A stretch of 64,000 nt of DNA from an uncultured Candidatus Rokubacteria bacterium (GCA_963762145.1 CAVXJS010000015.1:320001-384000), one strand, 5' to 3'; shown: positions 42,767 to 56,082, numbered from the stretch's first letter. A program made the numbers and translations. The notes: a model not told the origin generated them from the letters alone.

Positions 42767-43613
42767 TTACTTGATGGCGCCGGCGGTGAGGCCGGAGACG
42801 TAGTAATCGAGGAAGAACACGTACAGGATCACGATGGGCACCGAGCCCAGCACCGCGCCCGCCATCAGCGAGCCCCAGAAGTAGATGTCGCCGCGGATCA
42901 GCTCGGTGGTGACGCCCACGCTCGCGGTGATCTGCTCCGACGAGGACGTGAACGTGAGCGCGTAGATGAACTCGTTCCACGAGAGCGTGAAGGCGAACAG
43001 CGCCGCGCACACGAGCCCGGGCACCGCGATGGGCAGGACGATGCGCCAGAGCGCCTGGATGCGCGTGGCCCCGTCCACCATCGCGCACTCCTCGATCTCC
43101 TTGGGGACGGTGCGGAAGTAGCCGATGAGGAGCCACGTGCAGAACGGGACCAGGAAGGTCGGGTACGTCAGCACGAGCGCCCACTTCGAATCGCCCATCC
43201 CGATCCAGTTGATGATCTGGGCCAGCGGCAGGAACAGGAGCGAGGTGGGCACGAGGTAGGTGACGAAGATGCCGGTACCGAAGGCGGCGACCCCCGCGAA
43301 CTTCAGCCGGGCGAGCGCGTAGGCCGCGATGGTGCCGATGACCACCGATACCACGGTGGACAGGCCGGTCACGAGCAGGCTGTTCTTGGTCCAGGTGAGG
43401 AACTCGGTGTCCCAGAGGAGCTTGGTGTAGTGCTCGAGGGTGGGTCCCTGCGTGATGATGAGGGGCACCGCGAAGCGGTCGTAGAGCTCGCGGTCCTGCT
43501 TCAGCGACGTGAGCGTCATGTGATAGAAGGGGAACAGCGCGAAGAGCAGGAACGGCAGCCAGCAGCAGGTGCTTCCCGACCTTCCCCAGGAACGGCCGGC
43601 GCGCGACGGTCAT
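42767..43613 (-). CDS. Carbohydrate ABC permease (indel ~43560)
   Basis: NSLLV, AAYALAR, EAA-loop variant PKEIEECAMVDGA, SWNEFIYA, GLTAGAIK. Confidence 0.93.
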
Positions 43614-43614
43614 C

Positions 43615-44556
43615 TCAGAAGGTCTGCTTCCGCACGAAACGGAGCTGGGCCCAGACCACGAAGACGAGCAGCGGGAAGAGGTAGAGCGAGATCGCCGCGC
43701 CCTCGCCGATCCGGCCGGTGTCGATCCCGATCATGCGCGACAGCGTGGCGAAGAGGTGGGTGGAGTTGATCGGCCCGCCGTGGGTGAGCACGTAGACGAT
43801 GTTGAAGTCGCTGAAGGTGAAGATCGTGGAGAACAGCACCACCACCGCCAGCACCGGCTTGAGCAGCGGCAGCGTGATGTGCCAGAAGCGCGCGTTGGCC
43901 CCCGCCCCGTCGGCCTCGGCCGCCTCGTAGAGCTCCTTGGGGATGGCCACCAGCCCGGCGAGGATGGTGATGGCGAAGAACGGCAGCCCCCGCCAGATGT
44001 TGACGGTGATCACCGCCGCCATCGCGTAGTACTTCTGGCCGAGCCAGTTCGGGCCCGGGCGGATCCATGAGCCCGATGGCGATGCCGGTCCAGTTCACCA
44101 CGCTGTAGAGCGAGTTGAACATCCACCACCAGCCGAGCGTGCTGAGCGCGGTCGGGATCACCCACGGCAGCAGCACCACGCCGCGGATCATGCGCTTGAA
44201 CCAGAGCTGCTCGTTGAGGAGCAGCGCCAGGATGATCCCCAGCACCACCTTGAAGACCACCGCGATCCCGGTGAAGACGAACGCGTTCTGGAAGGTCTGG
44301 CGGAAGGCGTCGCTGTCCCAGAGCTTCACGAAGTTCGGAGGCCGATGAACTCGCTCGGCCGCCCGATGAAGGCGTTGGACATCGAGAAGTAGAGCGCCAT
44401 CACGAACGGATAGGCCACGAGCAGCAGCAGGAGGAGCAGGGCCGGGGTGACGAAGACCGGCCCCAGGATCTCCTCGCGGTCGAGCAATCCCCGCACCCGG
44501 GCCACCAACCCCGGGCGCCCGCGTGGGACCGGAATCTCCTGCGCTCTGACCGCCAT
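43615..44556 (-). CDS. Carbohydrate ABC permease (indels)
   Basis: AYPF, FIGL.NF, LLPWVIP, WRGLPF, PKELYEAAEADGA, LTHGGP. Confidence 0.92.
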
Positions 44557-44574
44557 GGTCTCGTCTCGCGCGAA

Positions 44575-45856
44575 CTAGCCCGCGAGGATCTTCTTCATCT
44601 CGTTCTCGGCCCAGGCGATGGCGTCCTTGGTCGAGGTGCCGGTGACCGCCTTGGCGATCATGTTCGGCAGGAGATAGGAGTTGGTGATGAGCTGCACCTT
44701 GTCCGACGGCGGCGCCGGCCAGCCGTAGGTGTGGTACTGCACGCCCTCGCCCTTGAGCGCGGCGTACTTCGGATCGGTCTTGAAGCACCGGGTGGTCCTG
44801 GAGGTTCTCGTAGACCGGCAGGTTGAAGGCGTCCCCGGACATGATGTACTCGTCGTAGACCTCGCGCTTGCCGATCAGGTAGCGGATCCATTCCTTGGAC
44901 GGCCTCGATGTTCTTCGAGAACTTCCAGATCCCGATGTGACCGCGGCACGTCGGTCTCGTGGCGCCCCTGGGGCCCGCGCGAGGCTCCGGTGGTGGTTGA
45001 TACCGTCGGCGGTGACCAGCTTGCGCTTCTTGGCCACGATGTAGGCCGACACCGGATTGTGGATCCAGCCCGCCTTGCCCTGCTGGATGGACTCGTTGTT
45101 GCTCGCGTCCGACCACGACAGGACCTCGGGCTCCATGCAGTCGCGGTACATCTTCTGGTACCACTCGATGGTCTGCACGGTGGCCGGCGAGTTGATGCGG
45201 ACCGTCTTGCCGTCCTTGTCCACCTCCATGCCGCCGAAGGACCACAGCACCGGCCCCGCGGTCGAGATCGAGTCGTAGTTCTGCGAGATGGGGATCCCGA
45301 CCGGGTTCCCCATCTTCTTGAGCTCCTTGCCGACCGTGTAGAGGTCCTCCCAGGTGTCGGGGACCTTGAGGCCGGCCTTCTTGAACAGGTCCTCGCGATA
45401 GGTCGCGACGAACATGCCGTGGTACTGAGGCACCGCGCGCCAGACGCCCTTGACGTGCGCGCCCTCGTAGGCGGAGGAGAGCGCCTTGCCGTGCTTCTTC
45501 TCGAGCTCGGCCACCACGTCCGAGACGTCCACGAGCTGCGGCTCGTAGAGCCACGGGAAGTGCATGCGCATCTCGACCAGGTCGTGGCCGGCCTGCGTCT
45601 GGATCTCGGATGCGTACTTGGCCTGCTGCGGGCCCATGTGGGAGATGTGGTCGATCTTGAGCTTGATCCCGGTGTCCTTGGTGAAGCGCTGGCCGATCTC
45701 GGCCATCTTCTTGTCGGACGCGGGCGCGAAGTTGTTCCAGCAGAGATATGAGATCTCGCGCTGCTGGCCCCGGGCCGGCGGCACGCGGGTGGCGAGGATG
45801 CCGGCGAGGCCGGCTCCGGTTGTCGTCAGGAACTGGCGGCGGGTGACGGATCCCAT
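44575..45856 (-). CDS. Carbohydrate-type ABC substrate-binding protein with Tat signal (indels)
   Basis: VTRRQFL Tat motif, YREDLFKKAGLKVPDTWEDL, WSDASNN. Confidence 0.88.
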
Positions 45857-45914
45857 AGGCTCCTCCTCACTGAGGGGACGGGTCGGGGCATAGATCCGGA
45901 AAAGGTGTGTGCGG

Positions 45915-45944
45915 ACTGTATGCTGCGCGCCCGGCTCCTGTCAA
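45915..45944 (-). promoter_or_regulatory. sigma70-type promoter of the sugar ABC operon
   Basis: TTGACA-N18-TACAGT on the minus strand. Confidence 0.45.
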
Positions 45945-46052
45945 GCAATCCCGCGGATAGGTTCACGCGTAGACGCGGAGAATGCCGTAGAGCACCGTGC
46001 CGACGAGCAGGGCTCCGGCGATGAGGGTCAGCGCGACCTCGCGCGGCCCGCG

Positions 46053-48027
46053 TCACGACGGGCTCACCGGGTGCACGACCATGGCCACCGGCGGCCGGAG
46101 CTTGCTGCAGCCCGAGGCCGAGCACGAGCAGGCCCAGGCCGATCAGGTCGGTGATCAGCGCCGGGTCGATCAGGCAGAAGGCGGCCGCGATGAAAATCGC
46201 CGCGCTCGGGCCGGGCGACTCCGGATGAAGTAGCCCTCGAGCCCGGCTGCGAGCGCGATCACCCCGATCGTGCCGGTCAGCACGGCCACGGCCGATGTCC
46301 GTCCACGGCCCTGAGAACAGCAGTGCCGGATAGTAGACGAAGAAGAACGGCACGATGAAGCCGGCGGCCGCGAACTTCACCGCCTGCCAGCCCGCCGCCC
46401 AGAGCCCGAGCGACTGATCGACGCGGCGGCATACACCGCCAGGGCACTCCGGCGGGGTGACCGCGGAGAGGCAGCGAAGTAGAACGCGAACATGTGCGCG
46501 GCCATCGGGGCGGCACGCCGAGCTTGATGAGCGCCGGGATCAGCAGCGCGGCCAGCATGATGTACGCGGCGTGGTCGGCAGCGCCATGCCCAGGATGATC
46601 GCCGCGACCATGGTGATGAACAGCGCGAGCAGCAGGCTGCTGCCCGAGATGCTCCACCAGGAAGCTCGTGAAGCGGATGGCCAGGCCGGTCTGGAGCATG
46701 ACGCCGATGATGATGCCGGCGGCGGCGGTGGCCATCGCCACCGGCACCGTCTGCTCGCGCCGTCCCGAGCGCGGCCGGCCCGTCCCGGAGACGAGTGCAT
46801 CCGCCCCCGTCCGCGAGACCGCGACAGCTCGCATGGCCGCCGGTTCCGCGAGCCCGGTCGATCACCAGAGCGGCTCTACCGCGACGGATCCCAGACCGGA
46901 CCGAGCACGATCACGGACGCCGCGTCGAGATGATCGCGGCGTAGGTGGCGGTGAAGCCCTGCAGGAGCAGAAAGAAGATGATGAGCAGGGGGATGAAGAG
47001 GTGCCCCTGCCGCAGCATGATGTGGCCGAGGATCGGCAGCTCGTCCCGGGGGATACCGCGCAGGCCGCTCCGGATCGCGTTGAAGTGGATGGCCGCGAAG
47101 AGGGCGCCGTAGTAGAACAGCGCCGGGATAGGGCGGCGAGCATGATGGAGCCGTAGGAGACGCCGAGGAACTCGGCCATCACGAACGCGGCCGCGCCCAT
47201 GATCGGCGGCATGATCTGCCCGCCGGTGGAGGCCACCGCCTCGATCGCGGCCGCCGCTTCCGGCTTGAAGCCGGTCCGCTTCATCATCGGGATGGTCAGC
47301 CAGCCGTCCACCATCACGTTGGCCACCGCGGAGCCCGAGATGGTCCCGAACAGGCTCGAGGACACCACCGCGACCTTGCCGGGGCCACCGCGCGCCCCAC
47401 CCGCGATGGCGTTGGCGAAGTTCATGAAGAATTGGCCCGCGCCAGACTTCTCGAGGAACGCTCCGAAGATGATGAAGAGGATGACGTAGGAGCCGGCGAC
47501 ACCGAGCGGGATCCCGAAGATGCCCTCGCTGGTGAAGTACGTCTGGTCGAGCAGGATCTCGAGGTCAGGCCCGGTGGTGGAAGATCCCCGGGAGCCAGGG
47601 CCCCGCGAGGGCGTAGAGGATGAAGCTCGCCGCCAGCGATGGGCAGGGCGGCGCCGATGGTGCGCCGCGTCGCGTCGAGAACCAGGACCACCGCGAGTGC
47701 CGCCATCGCGATGTCCAGCGCGCTGAGGGGGTCGGCGGTGGGGAAGCGGCTGTTGACGTACTCGTACCGGACGAACAGGTAGCCGGTGCACGACGAGCGA
47801 GAGGGCGGCCCGACGCCAGATCGGTCCACGGGATCGCGATCCGACGGGCCGCCCTTGCGCGCGGGGAAGAGCAGGAACGCGAGCACCAGGCTGAACGCGA
47901 GGGTGATGATCCGCAGCGCCAGGCTGTCCGGCGGCGCGGGCGTGAGCCGGGCGTAGACGTGGTAGAGGGACATGCACACCGCCACCACGCCGATGACCAG
48001 GCCGGCGTAACCGGCGAGCTTGCGCAC
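46053..48027 (-). CDS. TRAP transporter fused 4TM/12TM permease (many indels)
   Basis: EGIFGIPL, FIIFGAFL, GGPGKVAV, SGSAVANV, EAVASTGGQIMPPIMGAAAF, ILGMALPTT, GFIVPFFFVY. Confidence 0.88.
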
Positions 48028-48035
48028 CGGAGCGG

Positions 48036-49016
48036 TTACTTCAGGAGGCCGGCTTCTCGGTAGTAACTCTCCGCCCCGGGATGCCGGGGCATGCCGAACG
48101 ACTCGGCGAAGTGCTGCGGAGTGGTGCCCTTCATGACCGAGCTCACGTGGCCGAACGCGTCCCGCCCCTCAACGATCGCCTTGGTGACCTTGTAGATCGC
48201 GTCGGCGGGCGCCTTGGACGAGGCGATGAGGATGGTCGGGGCCTGGATGGTCACCACGTCCTCCTCGATCCCGTAGGCGCCATACGTGCCCTTGGGGACC
48301 ACGTGGCGGATGAATCCGGCGTTGAGGGCCTGCATCTTCTTGATTGTGTCGTCGCTCAGACCCACCATCCGCAGCTTCCGCGAAGAGCCCACGTCCAGCA
48401 CGAACGAGGCCGGGACGACGGTGTACCACCCCATCGCCACCGCCTGCCGGTTCTTGATCAGCTCGCCGTTCTCGGTGATCGAGCCGTAGCTCTTGGTCCC
48501 GAGGTCGTCGAGCTTCAGGCCGACGACCTTGAGCAGGAGCTCCCAGCCCTCGGCGAGGCTGGTGTTGCCGCGCGGCGGCAGCGCCACCGCCTTGCCCTTC
48601 AGATCCTCGAGCTTCCGGACGTCGCTGTCCGCGGGCACGATAAGCTGCCAGACGTTCGGGTAATAGTTGGCGACGAACAGGGGCTTGTCGGTCTGCTTGC
48701 CCTTCCAGGTGTTCACGCCTGCGCGCGCGTCAGCGAGGACGGTGGTCATCGACCAGCCGATGTCGGCCTTGTCGTTGCGGATCTTCTCCATGTTGACGAG
48801 GGCGGCGCCCGGCTCGACCTGCACGTCCAGCTCGGGGAACTTCTTCTTGATCACGTCGGCGGTCGCTGCGGCCATGGGCGTCCAGGTTCCGCCGGTCGGG
48901 CCGGCCGAGAAGATCGAGACCGACCTTGTCCTGGGCGTGGCTGGGCGCGGCGAGGGCCAGAGTGACGAGCAGCGCGGCGGCCAGATGGAACGACCCGTCA
49001 GGGTCATCACGATCAT
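48036..49016 (-). CDS. TAXI-family TRAP solute-binding protein (compensating indels in the signal region)
   Basis: AGPTGGTW, GAALVN, LEDLKGK, YKVTKA, PRHPGAESYYREAG. Confidence 0.9.
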   Translation of the reverse strand: MIVMTLTGRSIWPPRCSSLWPSPRPATPRTRSVSIFSAGPTGGTWTPMAAATADVIKKKFPELDVQVEPGAALVNMEKIRNDKADIGWSMTTVLADARAGVNTWKGKQTDKPLFVANYYPNVWQLIVPADSDVRKLEDLKGKAVALPPRGNTSLAEGWELLLKVVGLKLDDLGTKSYGSITENGELIKNRQAVAMGWYTVVPASFVLDVGSSRKLRMVGLSDDTIKKMQALNAGFIRHVVPKGTYGAYGIEEDVVTIQAPTILIASSKAPADAIYKVTKAIVEGRDAFGHVSSVMKGTTPQHFAESFGMPRHPGAESYYREAGLLK

Positions 49017-49056
49017 CGGTGGAACCTCGCCTGTTCCTCGAGGATGCGAGCAGCGG

Positions 49057-50325
49057 TTAGTGAGCGAGCAGCGGTTCGATCCGGCCCGCCGCGTCGAAGC
49101 CGAGGGGGTGGCCCTCGCCGACCACGGTCAGGTCGGGACGTTTGGCGATCTCCGGCAGCAGCGCCTCCGAGCACTCGATCTCGCCCAGCACCAGCGTGCT
49201 CCGGATCCGGATCACGCGGGCACGCTCGGGCGGGGTGAGGCCGATGCAGTTCAGCGCGTTCTCGACCGCCTCGCGGTCGCTCTCGAACACGAGCGGCAGC
49301 TTGGCCCCGTTGGGGGCGCAGGCGGTGAGGGTGTTGATGGCGGTCGGCTTCCAGTCGATCTTCTCGGCCAGCCGGCGCGTGGTGAAGTCGGCGTTGCCGA
49401 TCCCGGTGGCGTTGCCGTGGCTCTCCTCGGTCAGGTCGAGGGCCACGATCCACAGGATCTTCGGGTCGGCCGGGAAGGGCTCGTGCGGGTTCGACGGGCG
49501 GCCGATCACGTTGGTGTCCATGCCGGAGCCGGAGATGTTCTTGCCGATCTCCTCGACCACCAGCACGTCGATGGGGGAGAAGGGCAGCCGCGCCATCCAG
49601 TCGCGCGCGTCCTTGAGCATCCGCCGCTCGCCCGCCTCGAGATCGGCGGCGTTGAACGCCTCCACCCTCGCGGTCTCGTCGTACCCGTTTTCGACGATCC
49701 CGAGCCCGAACCCGATCCGGGCCTTGGCCAGCATCTCGCGTCCCACCGCGGTGATCACCGTCTCGTAGCCGTGATTGACGTTGGCCCGGTGGTATTGGGT
49801 GGCCCCGTGGTACTTGCCGAGCCCGATCGTCATCATCTTGAAGAGGCCGGACTCGATCGAGCCCTTGAAGTCGGTGTGGGGCTTGATCCGATTGACCACC
49901 CCGATCCAGTCGGCCTCGGAGGCGATCCGGTCGAGCCAGATCGGCAGCCCCAGGGCCTCCCCCACCTGGACCACGTCCATGGAGGCCCGGACCTCGCAGC
50001 CCATGGTGGCCTCGGTGATGCCGTAGTGCTCCAGCACCGAGCGCTGCCCGTCGGCGGTGGCTCCGCCATGGCTGCCCATGGCCGGGAAGACGAAGGGCCG
50101 GGCCCCCTGGGCCTTGAGCCAGTCCACCGTGGCCCGGACGATGACCGCGATGTTGGCGATCCCTCGGCTCCCGGCTCCCACCGCCACCCTGTCCCCCCGC
50201 TTGATGGGCAGGGCGGCGCCGGCCAGGGCCGTCCGGACCCCTCCCGGGATGTCCTCCAGGCGGGTGCGCGGAAAGGCCTGCCGCACACGGTGCATCGTGG
50301 GGAGCGCCACCGATCCCAGCGGCAT
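49057..50325 (-). CDS. LarA/DUF2088-DUF362-like protein (lactate racemase domain family)
   Basis: GDRVAVGAGSRGIANI, PAMGSHGGATADGQ, VNRIKPHTDF, ESGLFKM..IGLGK, IGKNISGSGMDTNVIGR. Confidence 0.8.
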   Translation of the reverse strand: MPLGSVALPTMHRVRQAFPRTRLEDIPGGVRTALAGAALPIKRGDRVAVGAGSRGIANIAVIVRATVDWLKAQGARPFVFPAMGSHGGATADGQRSVLEHYGITEATMGCEVRASMDVVQVGEALGLPIWLDRIASEADWIGVVNRIKPHTDFKGSIESGLFKMMTIGLGKYHGATQYHRANVNHGYETVITAVGREMLAKARIGFGLGIVENGYDETARVEAFNAADLEAGERRMLKDARDWMARLPFSPIDVLVVEEIGKNISGSGMDTNVIGRPSNPHEPFPADPKILWIVALDLTEESHGNATGIGNADFTTRRLAEKIDWKPTAINTLTACAPNGAKLPLVFESDREAVENALNCIGLTPPERARVIRIRSTLVLGEIECSEALLPEIAKRPDLTVVGEGHPLGFDAAGRIEPLLAH

Positions 50326-50367
50326 GGCGGGATCATAATGTACTTGCCCCGGGGCCTGTCAATGTCC

Positions 50368-50396
50368 TTGACTTTCCAGACTTCCGCCCTTACAAC
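50368..50396 (+). promoter_or_regulatory. sigma70-type promoter of the bamD operon
   Basis: TTGACT-N17-TACAAC. Confidence 0.5.
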
Positions 50397-50427
50397 TGGG
50401 GGCCAATCAATGGCCAACCGCTGGCCG

Positions 50428-51201
50428 ATGCATATCAAATTCCTCCTGGTTCCCGCGACGCTGTTGAGTCTGCTCCTGCTCGTGAGCGGGTGCACGACCC
50501 TTGCGGACTTCTTCCGCCAGCGCCCGCAGGCGCTACCGCCTGCCTCCGAGCTGTATGCGGAAGGCGAGACTCAGCTCGGCAAGGGCCGGTACGACGAGGC
50601 GCGCATGGCGTTCCGCAAGGTCGCGGAGCGGCACCCACAGTCGACCTATGCGCCGCGCGCCCGCTTCCTGATCGGCGAGGCGTTCTTCCGCGAGGGAATG
50701 TTCGACAAGGCGATCAAGGAGTTCGAAGGCTTCCTGGCCTTCTACCCGCGCCACGAGATCGCCGATCTGGTGCAGTACCGGCTCGCGATGAGCTACTACG
50801 ACCAGATGAAGCCGGTCGAGCAGGATCAGGAGATCACCCGCAAGGCGATGGAGGCATTCAAGGTGCTCGTCCGCGAGTACCCGGAGAGCCGCTACGCCGC
50901 GGACGCGCTCGCCAAGGTCGACGTCTGCCGGGGTCGCCTGGCCCAGAAGGAGCTGTGGATCGCCGCCTACTACATCAATCAAGGCAATCCCGCGGCGGCC
51001 CGCCTACGGCTGGAGAAGGTGGTCAAGGAATACCCCCGCACCCTCGTGATCCCGGAGGCGCTCTTCCGGCTGGGTGAGGTATATTCCGGCGACGGACGGG
51101 CCGAGGACTCCCAGCGTTTGTACCGGCAGCTGGCGGATGAGTACCCTTACACGGAGTGGGGCAGGCGCGCGGCGCAGCGTCTCCAGGCCGCAACGAGGTA
51201 A
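50428..51201 (+). CDS. bamD: Outer membrane protein assembly factor BamD
   Basis: Lipobox VSGC, TPR helices, FLAFYPRH, DQEIT, YPESRYA, LAQKELWIAAYY; alternative start 50410. Confidence 0.92.
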   Translation: MHIKFLLVPATLLSLLLLVSGCTTLADFFRQRPQALPPASELYAEGETQLGKGRYDEARMAFRKVAERHPQSTYAPRARFLIGEAFFREGMFDKAIKEFEGFLAFYPRHEIADLVQYRLAMSYYDQMKPVEQDQEITRKAMEAFKVLVREYPESRYAADALAKVDVCRGRLAQKELWIAAYYINQGNPAAARLRLEKVVKEYPRTLVIPEALFRLGEVYSGDGRAEDSQRLYRQLADEYPYTEWGRRAAQRLQAATR

Positions 51202-51204
51202 GTC

Positions 51205-52242
51205 ATGCACGACGTCGTCGATCTCCGATCCGATACTCTCACCCTCCCGACCCAGGCGATGCGCGATGCCATGGCGCGCGCCGAGGTGGGCGACGACGTC
51301 TGGGAAGAGGACCCGACCGTCCGGCGCCTCGAGGACACCGCGGCCCGGCGCACCGGCAAGGAGGCGGCCCTGTTCGTCTCCTCGGGCACGCAGGGCAACC
51401 TGGTCTCGGTGCTCGCCCAGACGCGCGCCGGGCAGGAAGTGGTGCTCGACGCCGACTCCCACATCTTCAATTACGAGGGCGCGGGCGCGGCCGTCTTCGG
51501 CGGCGTGCAGACCCTGCCGGTCAAGACCGCGCGCGGCTTCCTGACGCCCGAGCAGGTGCGCGAGCACATCCGCCCGAACAACATCCACATCCCGATGACC
51601 GGGCTGGTCGCGGTCGAGAACACGCACAACCGTCACGGCGGCACCTGCTGCACGCCCGACGAGATCGAGGCGGTGGCCGCCGCGGCCCACGCGGCCGGCG
51701 TACCGGTGCACCTCGACGGCGCGCGGCTCTTCAACGCGGCGGTGGCGCTCGGGCGGCCGGTGGCCGACTTCGCGCGCCCGGTGGACTCGCTCACCTTCTG
51801 CCTGTCCAAGGGCCTCGGCGCCCCGGTGGGCTCGCTGGTGTGCGGCTCGCGCGAGCTCGTCGCCCGGGCCCGGCGGGTGCGGAAGATGCTGGGCGGCGGC
51901 ATGCGTCAGGTGGGCGTGCTGGCCGCGGCCGGCCTCGTCGCGCTCGACTCCATGGTGGACCGGCTCGCGGAGGATCACGCCAACTGCCGCCGCCTCGCGG
52001 AGGGCGTGAGCCGGCTGCCCCGCGTGAAGCTGGACCTGGCCACCGTGCAGACCAACATCGTCATCTTCCGGGTGGAGCGGGACGGGGGAGCCGCGGAGCT
52101 GGTCACCGGCTGCCTCGCCCGCAAGGTCAAGATCCACCAGACCGGTCCCGGCACCATTCGCTGCGTGACCCACAAGGACGTCGACGGCGACGACATCGAG
52201 CGGGCCCTCGAGGCCTTCCGCGAGATCACGGCGGCCTGGTAG
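51205..52242 (+). CDS. ltaE: Low-specificity L-threonine aldolase
   Basis: DLRSDT, VGDDVW.EDPT, SGTQGN, ENTHN..GG, HLDGARLFNA, CLSKGLGAPVGS, LGGGMRQ. Confidence 0.95.
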   Translation: MHDVVDLRSDTLTLPTQAMRDAMARAEVGDDVWEEDPTVRRLEDTAARRTGKEAALFVSSGTQGNLVSVLAQTRAGQEVVLDADSHIFNYEGAGAAVFGGVQTLPVKTARGFLTPEQVREHIRPNNIHIPMTGLVAVENTHNRHGGTCCTPDEIEAVAAAAHAAGVPVHLDGARLFNAAVALGRPVADFARPVDSLTFCLSKGLGAPVGSLVCGSRELVARARRVRKMLGGGMRQVGVLAAAGLVALDSMVDRLAEDHANCRRLAEGVSRLPRVKLDLATVQTNIVIFRVERDGGAAELVTGCLARKVKIHQTGPGTIRCVTHKDVDGDDIERALEAFREITAAW

Positions 52243-52272
52243 CCGCCCGCACCCCAGAGGAGGCCGCACCCT

Positions 52273-53250
<978 letters not shown>

Positions 53251-53259
53251 AGGGCAGCC

Positions 53260-54234
<975 letters not shown>

Positions 54235-54237
54235 TTT

Positions 54238-54339
54238 CCCCTCTCCCCTCTGGGGAGAGGGCAGGGTGAGGGGCTCGATGGTGAGGGGCTCGATCGTGAG
54301 GGGCTCGATGGCGAGAGTTCGACGGTGAGAGGCGCGAGG
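54238..54339. repeat. REP-like hairpin repeat copy 2 plus 15-bp tandem array
   Basis: CCCCTCTCCCCTCTGGGGAGAGGGCAGGGTGAGGGG, then GTGAGGGGCTCGAT(G/C) x3 (54266-54310) and two degenerate units. Confidence 0.85.
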
Positions 54340-54350
54340 CGACTTCGATC

Positions 54351-55247
54351 ATGATCAAGTGGTCCGGCATCTTTCACATCCTCGCCACCCCGTTCCGCGA
54401 GGACGGCGCGCTCGACGTCGCGGGCCTCCCCCGCCTGATCGAGTCCGCGCTCGCCACCGGGGTCAACGGCCTCACCATCCTCGGCATCGCGGGCGAGGCG
54501 CACCGCCTCACCGACGAGGAGCGCCGCCGCGTGGTGGAGACGGTGGTCAAGGAGACGCGCGGCCGCGTGCCCGTCGCGGTGGGCGTCTCGGCCTCCGGCA
54601 CGCACCTGGCCACTGCGTTCGCCCGCATGGCGCGCGAGCACGGCGCGGACGCGCTGATGGTCGCACCGCCCGCGGGCCTCAAGAACCTGGATTTGGTGGC
54701 GGAGTGCTTCCGCATAGTCGCGGCGGCCACCGGCCTGCCGATCGTGCTGCAGGACGAGCCGGTCACCACCCAGGTGAACATGCCGGCGCCCTTCATCGCC
54801 CAGCTCTGCGCCGAGATCGCGCAGATCCAGGCGGTCAAGCTGGAGGAGCCACCGACCCTGCCCAAGATCACGCGGCTGCGCGCCCTCTTCGGCAACCGGG
54901 TGGCGATCTTCGGCGGCCTCGGCGGCGTGTACTTCTTCGAGGAGCTCTCCCGCGGGGCCGACGGGGCCATGACCGGCTTCCCCTACCCCGAGGCCCTGCG
55001 CGGCATTCGCGACCACTTCGTGGCCGGCCGCCGCGACGAGGCCCGCGCCCTCTTCTACCGGTGGCTCCCCCTGATCCGGTACGAGACCCAGCCGGGCGCC
55101 ACCCCCGGCACCGCGGTGGGCATCCGCAAGGAGATCCTGCGCCGCCGCGGCTTCATCGCCTGCGCGCTCGTGCGGCCGCCCGCGCCGGTGCTCGACGCGG
55201 CCACGCAGACCGAGCTGGACGAGCTCCTCGCCGCCATCCTTCCCTGA
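54351..55247 (+). CDS. DapA/DHDPS-NAL family aldolase (non-canonical)
   Basis: ATPF..DG.LD, LGIAGE (vs GTTGE), Schiff-base Lys in AVKLEE, GAMTG. Confidence 0.88.
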   Translation: MIKWSGIFHILATPFREDGALDVAGLPRLIESALATGVNGLTILGIAGEAHRLTDEERRRVVETVVKETRGRVPVAVGVSASGTHLATAFARMAREHGADALMVAPPAGLKNLDLVAECFRIVAAATGLPIVLQDEPVTTQVNMPAPFIAQLCAEIAQIQAVKLEEPPTLPKITRLRALFGNRVAIFGGLGGVYFFEELSRGADGAMTGFPYPEALRGIRDHFVAGRRDEARALFYRWLPLIRYETQPGATPGTAVGIRKEILRRRGFIACALVRPPAPVLDAATQTELDELLAAILP

Positions 55248-55252
55248 GCGTC

Positions 55253-56065
55253 GTGCCCCACGCCCAGGCCAACGGCGTCCGCGTCTTCTACCAGGAGACC
55301 GGCGCGCCCGACGCGCCCCCGCTCGTGCTCATCATGGGGTGGGGCGGGGACCACACCGCGTGGGCGCTGCAGGCGCCCGCCTTCGCAGCCGAGCATCGCG
55401 TGATCGCGCTCGACAACCGCGGCGCCGGCCAGAGCGATGCGCCGTCCACGCCCTACACCATCGCCGGCATGGCCGCCGACGTGGCGGGCCTGCTGGACGC
55501 GCTCGGGATCCGCCGCGCCCACGTCTGCGGCGCCTCGATGGGCGGGATGATCGCCCAGGAGCTGGCCCTGCGCTACCCGGACCGGGTTCGCACGCTCGGC
55601 CTGCACTGCACGGCCGCCGCCATCGACGCCTACGGCCGCTTCCTGATCGACACCCTCATCGCGGTGAAGGCGCGGGGCGACCGCGAGGAGTACGTGCGGG
55701 CGGTGATGCCCTGGGTGCTCTGCCGCAAGACCATGGTGGAGCGGCCCGAGTTCATCCGCTTCTGGATCGAGCGAGCGCTCGCCTACCCCTACCCGATCGG
55801 GCTCGAGGGCCTCTCCCGCCAGGCCGACGCGATCCGCGGCCACGACACCGCCGCGCGCCTCGGGGAGATCCGTGTGCCGACCCTGATCACCACCGGCACC
55901 GAGGACATCCTGGTTCCGCCGGTCTCCTCCCGCGACCTGCACGCGCGGATCCCCGGCTCGGAGCTCGTCGCGATGGAGGACGCGGGCCACCTGCACTTCA
56001 TCGAGCAAGCAGAGCGGTTCACCGCGACCAGCCTGGAGTTCCTCGAGAAGCACCGCGGGGCCTGA
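55253..56065 (+). CDS. Alpha/beta hydrolase
   Basis: LDNRGAGQS, nucleophile GASMGG, GTEDILVP, AGHL. Confidence 0.92.
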   Translation: MPHAQANGVRVFYQETGAPDAPPLVLIMGWGGDHTAWALQAPAFAAEHRVIALDNRGAGQSDAPSTPYTIAGMAADVAGLLDALGIRRAHVCGASMGGMIAQELALRYPDRVRTLGLHCTAAAIDAYGRFLIDTLIAVKARGDREEYVRAVMPWVLCRKTMVERPEFIRFWIERALAYPYPIGLEGLSRQADAIRGHDTAARLGEIRVPTLITTGTEDILVPPVSSRDLHARIPGSELVAMEDAGHLHFIEQAERFTATSLEFLEKHRGA

Positions 56066-56082
56066 CGGCCCGCGGCCCGCCC

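Noticed and set aside
54266-54339. Possible CRISPR array
   Set aside because: Units are 15 bp and contiguous with no unique spacers; no cas genes nearby
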